43,011 bases of DNA from Leptolyngbya cf. ectocarpi LEGE 11479 (GTDB taxonomy: Bacteria; Cyanobacteriota; Cyanobacteriia; Phormidesmidales; Phormidesmidaceae). Below are positions 21,001 through 26,251 of the stretch, in pieces. The position numbers and the translations under genes are program-made. Location of the stretch: assembly GCF_015207065.1 (NCBI RefSeq), contig NZ_JADEXP010000011.1, positions 1-43,011 on the forward strand, written 5' to 3'. The notes below the pieces were generated by a model. That model worked only from the letters and a program-made list of their open reading frames with translations. It ran no database searches and had not been told where the DNA came from. Position 1 is the first letter of the stretch. Each line of letters starts with the position of its first letter.

Positions 21001-23861
21001 ATGTGGCTACTGCTATCAAATCGATTAAGGAGCAGCTGCGACAAATACCCAATGCGGGTATTGGGTATGGTATCGCGCGCTATTTGAGTGAAGATTCGGC
21101 CCTTCGTGAACAATTGACGGCGTTACCTGAAGGACAAATCAGTTTTAACTACCTGGGCCAGTTTGATGAGCAATTTGACGGAGGTAGTCAAGCAAGCATA
21201 GCCCATGGAGACGTTGCTATTCCAGCGTTGGGACAGCCAGCTTTGGAGGCGAGTGGTGGAGTACGCAGTCCTCAAGCTCCTCGCTCTCATTTGCTAGATG
21301 TCAGTGCTTTGGTGGTCAAGGAGCGGTTACAGGTGAGCTGGATCTACAGCCGCGAGATCTATGAGCAGGCTACGGTGGAGAGATTGGCCCACCGTTATCA
21401 AGAGGCTTTACAGGGGCTGATTTACCATTGTCTATCTCCAGCTACAGGAGGGTATACACCTTCGGACTTTCCCGGCACCGAGTTGAGTCAAGAGAAGTTG
21501 GATAAACTGTTAGCTACAGTAGGGCAACCTACTGTAGAGAGTATTTATCCCCTGTCTGGCACCCAACAAGGATTATTATTCCATGCTCTTTATACCCCTA
21601 ACTCTGGCGTTTACCTAACTCAAACGGTGGTGACCATTGAGGGAGCCGTGGATGTGATAGCACTAAGGCAAACATGGCAGGCGTTAATGAACCGCCATGG
21701 CTGCTTACGCACTGTCTTTGCATGGGAGACTTTAGATCAACCTCTGCAGATTGTTTGTCCAACGTTTGAATTGCCTTGGACTGAGTTAGATTGGCGCAAT
21801 TTAACCGCGAAATTGCAGGAACAGCAGTTAAATAGTTTGCTGGAGCAACAGCGAGAACAGGGCGTGGATCTTACTCAGGCTCCGGCGATTGCATTACATC
21901 TAATCCAGGTGGCCGATCAGCGGTATCACTTAGTTTGGAGCCATCACCATATTTTGATGGATGGCTGGTGTTTGCCGGTTTTGTTCCAGGAGATGCTGAC
22001 GTTTTATCAAGCCTATCGCGGTGGACACGTCTGCTCTTTAAAGCTCCCTCGGCCTTATCAGGACTATATTCAGTGGTTGCAGCGTCAAGATATGGCGGCA
22101 GCGGATACTTTCTGGAGAGAAATGTTGCAGGGAGTGGAGGCTCCTACACCGTTGCCGTTTGAGCAGTTAGGGCTGCACCATCAGTCTACTGCGGGTTTTG
22201 ATGAGCAGCAGATAGAGTTTTCTCCAGCGTTAACCCAGGCACTGCAAACGTTGGTCCAAGCTCAGGAAATGACCTTGGCTAGCTTTATTCAGGCAGTCTG
22301 GGGGCTGTTGCTCGGTCGCTATAGTGGTGACTTGGATGTGGTATTCGGGGTGACGGTTTCAGGCCGTTCTGGAGAGCTAACCGGGGTAGAAACGATGGTG
22401 GGTTTATTTATCAATACCCTGCCGTTAAGGGTGTCAATGTCCCATGATGAGAAACTGTTGCCTTGGTTACAACGATTACATCGGCGTCAGCTAGAGCTAC
22501 AGAACTATGCCTATAGTGCTTTGGCGGATGTGCAAAAGTTGAGTGATATTGAAGCGGAGATGCCGTTATTTGAGAGCATATTTGTCTTTGAGAATTACCC
22601 GGTAGAAGCAGCTGTACAGGAACAGGCAGCTGCGTTAGGACTATCGTTCACAGGGTTAAGAAATTATGAGCAGACAAGTTATCCGTTGACGTTAACGGCC
22701 ATTCCGGGAGAGCGCCTGCAGCTAACGGTAAGCTATGATACGAGCCGATTTAGTAAGGAGGCGATGGAACGGTTGCTGGGGCATTGGCAGGTGATGTTGG
22801 CTGCGATCGCAGCCAATCCTCATCAGTCTCTCGGCGAGATTCCACTGCTCACGGCGGCGGAGCGTCATCAGCTCTTAGTGCAGTGGAACGATACAACGTT
22901 TGACATTCCCCAAGACAAGTGCATCCACCAACTATTTGAGGCTCAAGCAAGGAAAACCCCCAGCGCCATTGCTGTGGCATTTGAGGATGAACAGCTTAGC
23001 TATGGCCAGCTAGAGGCTCGAGCCAATCAGCTAGCCCATCGCTTACGAGAACTTGGAGTAGAGCCTGAGGTATTAGTTGGACTTTGTGTCGAACGTTCTA
23101 TCCATCTAGTTGTGGGTATGTTAGGCATTCTCAAAGCGGGAGGTGTCTATGTGCCACTGGATTCAACCTATCCCAGTGAGCGTCTGAGCTACATGCTTAA
23201 CGACACGTCTGTGGACATTTTGCTCACTCAGCGTTCTTTAACCGAGCGCTTACCTACAAGCCAAGCCAAGATTATTTACCTGGATGATGATACCGCACTA
23301 TTAACACCATCATCTGATATTTCATCGTATTTAGATTGTTTAGCACAGCCCAGAAACTTGGCCTATGTTATCTACACGTCAGGGTCAACGGGTAAACCCA
23401 AAGGAGCCATGGTTGAACATCTCGGATGTATCAATCACTGCTATGCCAAATGGCACGATCTCTCTTTGACTCATACGGATATTATTGCCCAGACCGCTCC
23501 CATTGGTTTTGATATCTCTGTTTGGCAAACTCTGACAATGTTACTAATTGGTGGCAAGGTTGAAATTATTCAAACCGATACGGTTAGAGATCCAGAACGG
23601 CTTTTTGCAGAAGTGCAGGTGCGAGAAATATCAATTCTCCAAGTTGTACCCTCTCTGTTGAGAATGATGCTGGAAATTTGCGATCGCTCCGGTCCACCAC
23701 AGCTAAAAAATCTTCGTTGGCTAGTGGTGACTGGCGAAGCTTTTCCAACAGAATTACGTGATTGGTGGTTTACTTATTATCCCGATATTCCTCTTGTCAA
23801 TGCCTACGGTCCTGCTGAATGCTCTGATGATGTCACTCATCAATTGATTTACCATCATTAA
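8892..23861 (+). CDS. NRPS-1 (4989 aa): docking / C-A(Asn)-PCP / Cy-A(Cys)[Ox]-PCP / C-A(Asp)-PCP-E / C-A(N-terminal fragment, ends after core A5)
   Basis: The motif series is listed under the domain features. The ORF stops 13 codons after [12 protein letters not shown] (core A5), with no A6-A10 motifs and no carrier for the fourth module. Confidence 0.95.
   Translation: [4989 protein letters not shown]
9072..10470 (+). other. Condensation domain C1 (accepts the 3-hydroxyacyl chain from ACP2)
   Basis: [22 protein letters not shown] (9459-9479); YQDYVEWQ; carries a 34-aa Asn/His/Gly-rich loop insertion (9540-9641). Confidence 0.9.
9576..9620 (+). repeat. Three tandem 15-nt units inside the C1 loop insertion
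   Basis: agtaatggtcatggc / accaatggctttagc / accaatggtcataga encode [15 protein letters not shown]. The string aatggtcat recurs at 9579 and 9609, and accaatgg at 9591 and 9606. Confidence 0.8.
10540..12020 (+). other. Adenylation domain A1, predicted Asn
   Basis: Motifs [68 protein letters not shown]. Stachelhaus positions read by eye: D235 A236 T239 (GFDATIT), K278 (VKLTPA), V299 G301 (LVIGGE), E322 (NEYGPTE), V330 G331 (TETVVG), K517. This gives DATKVGEVGK, the canonical Asn code. Confidence 0.85.
12062..12278 (+). other. PCP1
   Basis: [19 protein letters not shown]; Ser codon 12165-12167. Confidence 0.9.
12345..13640 (+). other. Heterocyclization (Cy) domain
   Basis: [16 protein letters not shown] (Cy1), and DxxxxDxxS in place of HHxxxDG: [11 protein letters not shown] (12746-12772). 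Confidence 0.9.
13745..16560 (+). other. Adenylation domain A2, predicted Cys, interrupted between A8 and A9 by an oxidase insertion
   Basis: [62 protein letters not shown] (A8, about 14950-14990); after the insertion LPAYMVP (A9) and NGKVNR (A10, about 16530). The code read by eye is DLYNLSLIWK, the canonical Cys code. Confidence 0.9.
15150..16380 (+). other. FMN-dependent oxidase (Ox, nitroreductase/SagB-like) insertion for thiazoline to thiazole oxidation; unusually long
   Basis: [10 protein letters not shown], and the NRPS-Ox signature KYxYxSxGxxYPVQ present exactly as [14 protein letters not shown] (about 15485-15526). It is followed by GVYYYHP and ALEAGYML. A second partial repeat of the fold spans about 15965-16378. 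Confidence 0.85.
16599..16812 (+). other. PCP2
   Basis: [19 protein letters not shown]; Ser codon 16701-16703. Confidence 0.9.
16885..18190 (+). other. Condensation domain C3 (LCL-like)
   Basis: [18 protein letters not shown]; active-site motif [10 protein letters not shown] (17285-17311; Arg where HHxxxDG has Gly); [10 protein letters not shown]. Confidence 0.9.
18265..19765 (+). other. Adenylation domain A3, predicted Asp
   Basis: [54 protein letters not shown]. The code read by eye is DLTKIGHVGK versus canonical Asp DLTKVGHIGK (8/10 identical, with V/I swaps). Confidence 0.8.
19804..20016 (+). other. PCP3 (E-domain-partner type)
   Basis: [17 protein letters not shown]; Ser codon 19908-19910. 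GGDSI is the form usually found upstream of epimerization domains. Confidence 0.9.
20060..21440 (+). other. Epimerization (E) domain
   Basis: [26 protein letters not shown] (20469-20510); [15 protein letters not shown]. Confidence 0.9.
21535..22860 (+). other. Condensation domain C4 (DCL type)
   Basis: [16 protein letters not shown] (DCL N-terminal signature); [19 protein letters not shown]. Confidence 0.9.
22925..23858 (+). other. Adenylation domain A4, N-terminal fragment (core A1-A5 only)
   Basis: [14 protein letters not shown] (A1), [11 protein letters not shown] (A2), [16 protein letters not shown] (A3, about 23372-23405), GFDISVWQ (A4), [12 protein letters not shown] (A5, 23799-23834), then [8 protein letters not shown]-stop. 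Pocket residues read by eye: D235 I236 W239 Q278 V299 T301 A322 D330 D331. Confidence 0.9.
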
Positions 23862-23977
23862 CGTGCTCATTTTTTTGAGGCCCTACTCATAACTTGAAAA
23901 AGCATTAGCCACAGCCAAGTTTCTATCAACTATAGAGGCGCGACAATAACGCTTCTAAACAAAATCAAATATTTCTG

Positions 23978-23989
23978 TTTTCTAGAAAA
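23978..23989. promoter_or_regulatory. Perfect 12-bp palindrome TTTTCTAGAAAA upstream of the sbnA-like gene (function unknown)
   Basis: Self-complementary 12-mer in the 170-bp AT-rich spacer. A TATATT hexamer follows at 24011-24016, 16 nt before the ATG. No clear -35 element. Confidence 0.25.
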
Positions 23990-24031
23990 TTTACGTTGTA
24001 ACTCAGTTTTTATATTTGGAGCCTTGCAAAA

Positions 24032-25084
24032 ATGAAAAATATGCCTGACAGCATTACATCACGGCTCGCACCAGACAAGATTACTATTCAACATCGCCGT
24101 TGCGAACCCAGAATTTACAATAATATTACCGAGTTGATTGGCAATACTCCTATCGTTCGGTTAGGTCAAATGTTTTGTGGATACAACATATTAGCAAAAT
24201 TAGAGGGATATAATCCAATTAGCTCTATCAAAGACCGGGTTGCTTTTTATATGCTTAAACGTGCTACAGAACGAGGTTTTATTAGTTCTGACACCGTTAT
24301 TATCGAAAGTACATCAGGTAACTTTGGGCTTGGCATGGCAGCAGCCTGTCAGTTCTATGGGTTAAGGTTTATTGCTGTTGTTGATCCTAAAATTTCTAGA
24401 ATAAATTTGAGATTGTTGGAGCTACGGGGGGCTGAAATTGATATGGTGCGTGAGCCTGATGAAACAGGTAACTATTTATCACGACGCATTCAGCGTATAC
24501 AAGAACTTCGCAAAGAAATACCTGATAGCTTTTGGCCCTGTCAGTATCGTTCACCGGATAACCCTAACGCTCATTATTATGATACTGGTCAGGAAATCAT
24601 CAGCCAGCTGAATGGCCATCCTTTAGATTATTTTTTAGCTTCAGTGAGTACGACAGGCACTATATCAGGGATTAGTCGCCGTCTCAAGGAAGTTTATCCA
24701 CAGCTCCAGGTGATTGGTATTGACGAAGAGGGATCTGCATTATTTGGCGGTCAATCAGGTCCCAGATTTTTAAATGGTATGGGCGCGGGCTATCCGATTC
24801 CAGAGTTGGCAGAAGAAACTCACCGGCAACAAAGCGTCGATCAGATTATTCGCGTGAAGGCCTCTGAAGGTATTGAAGCCTGTAACCAGCTGTTGAAGTG
24901 TGAAGGAGTTATGGCAGGTGGGTCTGGCGGAGCCGTGATTGCTTCTTTGAAAAAACTGTTGCCTAGAATTCCATTAAAAAGTAATGTCCTAGTTATTTTG
25001 CCAGATCGAGGCGAACGATATTTAGATACCTTTTATAACAAACGCTGGGTTGAGGACAATATAGATAACACGAAACAGAAATAA
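24032..25084 (+). CDS. sbnA: PLP-dependent SbnA-like N-(2-amino-2-carboxyethyl)-L-glutamate synthase (cysteine-synthase fold); first step of L-2,3-diaminopropionate synthesis
   Basis: IGNTPIVRL, PLP-Lys in NPISSIKDR, ESTSGNFGLGMA, AVVDPKIS, SVSTTGTISGISRRLKE, ILPDRGERYLD. Long colinear matches to S. aureus SbnA as I recall it (VVDPKIS, DYF.A.VSTTG, ILPDRG.RYLD). GGAG lies 10 nt upstream of the ATG. Confidence 0.88.
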   Translation: MKNMPDSITSRLAPDKITIQHRRCEPRIYNNITELIGNTPIVRLGQMFCGYNILAKLEGYNPISSIKDRVAFYMLKRATERGFISSDTVIIESTSGNFGLGMAAACQFYGLRFIAVVDPKISRINLRLLELRGAEIDMVREPDETGNYLSRRIQRIQELRKEIPDSFWPCQYRSPDNPNAHYYDTGQEIISQLNGHPLDYFLASVSTTGTISGISRRLKEVYPQLQVIGIDEEGSALFGGQSGPRFLNGMGAGYPIPELAEETHRQQSVDQIIRVKASEGIEACNQLLKCEGVMAGGSGGAVIASLKKLLPRIPLKSNVLVILPDRGERYLDTFYNKRWVEDNIDNTKQK

Positions 25085-25159
25085 TGATAAAGGGAGTTTA
25101 TTAGCTTAGTTATATAGCCTTACGTTGTTATCTCAAGTCTAACTATATTAGGTTTTTCT

Positions 25160-26167
25160 ATGGAACGGATTCTCTACCTTAGCCAATCTGATATTAAGCA
25201 ATTAGGCGGTGCATTTTCTCCTCTTTATGTTGAGGCCGTTAGTCAGGCCTTAATTTTACATGCCCAGCAAGATGTTGTTCAACCTTTAAAGCCATATTTG
25301 CGCTGGCGCGGGGACGCTGGACACATTGCTGATCGGATCATTGCTATGCCAGCTTATATCGGTGGCCGTGATCCGGTGGCAGGACTGAAGTGGATCGGTA
25401 GTAAACACGATAATCCAACTAGTCGAGGACTGGAGCGGGCCAGTGCCCTGATCACGCTGAACGACCCTGAATCCCATTATCCCATTGCTGTGATGGAAGG
25501 TAGTCTGGTGAGTGGTATGCGGACAGCGGCGGTGAGTGCGATCGCAACCCGCCATCTAGCCAAGAGCGATTTTAGCCACGTTGCCTGTGTTGGCTGTGGA
25601 GTCATTGGCCGGATGCAGTTATCCACATTGCTAGAACAGTTTCCGTCAATTACAACTATCCACTTATTTGACTTAAATAGCTTAGCGGCTAAACGCTTAG
25701 CAGAGCGTCTCCAACAGCAGTTCCCAAAAACCGAGTTCAAAATCGCAGCGAATGCCGAAGCGGCTGTAGGTAAAGGTGAGGTGGTCATTTTCTGCACCGT
25801 CACTGATAAACCCTACGTTCCCTATAGCTGGTTGCAACCCGGTACGTTTGTCAGTAATGTTTCCATCATGGACTTGCACAAGGAAGTCTTTCTTAAGGCA
25901 GATAAGGTAGTTGTAGACGATTGGGAACAGTCTAACCGCCAAAAGAAGATTATCAATCAGTTAGTACTTGAAGGAAGCTTCTCTCGCGAGCAGCTCCATG
26001 CAGAATTAGGCGAAATTTTGACCCAGCGACGGCCAGGACGAGAATCCAGTGACGAAATTATTGTCCTGAATCCTATGGGCATAGCCATTGAAGATATCGC
26101 CTGCGCCCAAGCCATCTACCAAAAGGCGATCGCAGCTGGTATTGGCACTTGGCTGCCCCTATACTAG
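25160..26167 (+). CDS. sbnB: SbnB-like NAD-dependent ornithine-cyclodeaminase-family dehydrogenase; second step of L-2,3-diaminopropionate synthesis
   Basis: VQPLKPYLR, GHIADRIIAMPAYIGG, GLKWIGSKHDNP, YPIAVMEGSLVSGMRTAAVS, GCGVIG, KADKVVVDDWEQ, INQLVLEG, NPMGIAIEDI. Near-colinear with S. aureus SbnB as I recall it. Confidence 0.9.
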   Translation: MERILYLSQSDIKQLGGAFSPLYVEAVSQALILHAQQDVVQPLKPYLRWRGDAGHIADRIIAMPAYIGGRDPVAGLKWIGSKHDNPTSRGLERASALITLNDPESHYPIAVMEGSLVSGMRTAAVSAIATRHLAKSDFSHVACVGCGVIGRMQLSTLLEQFPSITTIHLFDLNSLAAKRLAERLQQQFPKTEFKIAANAEAAVGKGEVVIFCTVTDKPYVPYSWLQPGTFVSNVSIMDLHKEVFLKADKVVVDDWEQSNRQKKIINQLVLEGSFSREQLHAELGEILTQRRPGRESSDEIIVLNPMGIAIEDIACAQAIYQKAIAAGIGTWLPLY

Positions 26168-26251
26168 TCCTCTCCTACATGATTTTTTCCTACCTAACCG
26201 CTAACTCACAAATGCTTTCTGTTCATCATAAATAATTGCCAAGCCAATTCC

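Noticed and set aside
24032-25084. Calling the sbnA-like gene an ordinary cysteine synthase (cysK/cysM)
   Set aside because: Its immediate pairing with an SbnB-type ornithine-cyclodeaminase homologue argues against that call. So do the SbnA-specific blocks (VVDPKIS, GNYLSRRIQRIQEL, ILPDRGERYLD) and its position inside an NRPS operon with a diamino-acid-type A domain. All point to Dap synthesis rather than cysteine synthesis.
25286-25942. Three overlapping minus-strand ORFs (89, 108 and 81 aa) opposite the sbnB-like gene
   Set aside because: They overlap each other and the well-supported SbnB homologue, and their translations have no recognisable features.
23862-26251. The possibility that the insert splitting the A domain is a mobile element, intein or in-frame tailoring domain
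   Set aside because: - I found no transposase, integrase or homing-endonuclease ORF.
- I found no terminal inverted repeats or target-site duplication. Only a trivial resemblance links tcatcattaa at 23853-23862 and tcatcataaa at 26223-26232.
- The upstream frame ends in a stop codon and the downstream one needs its own ATG, so protein splicing or an in-frame auxiliary domain is excluded.
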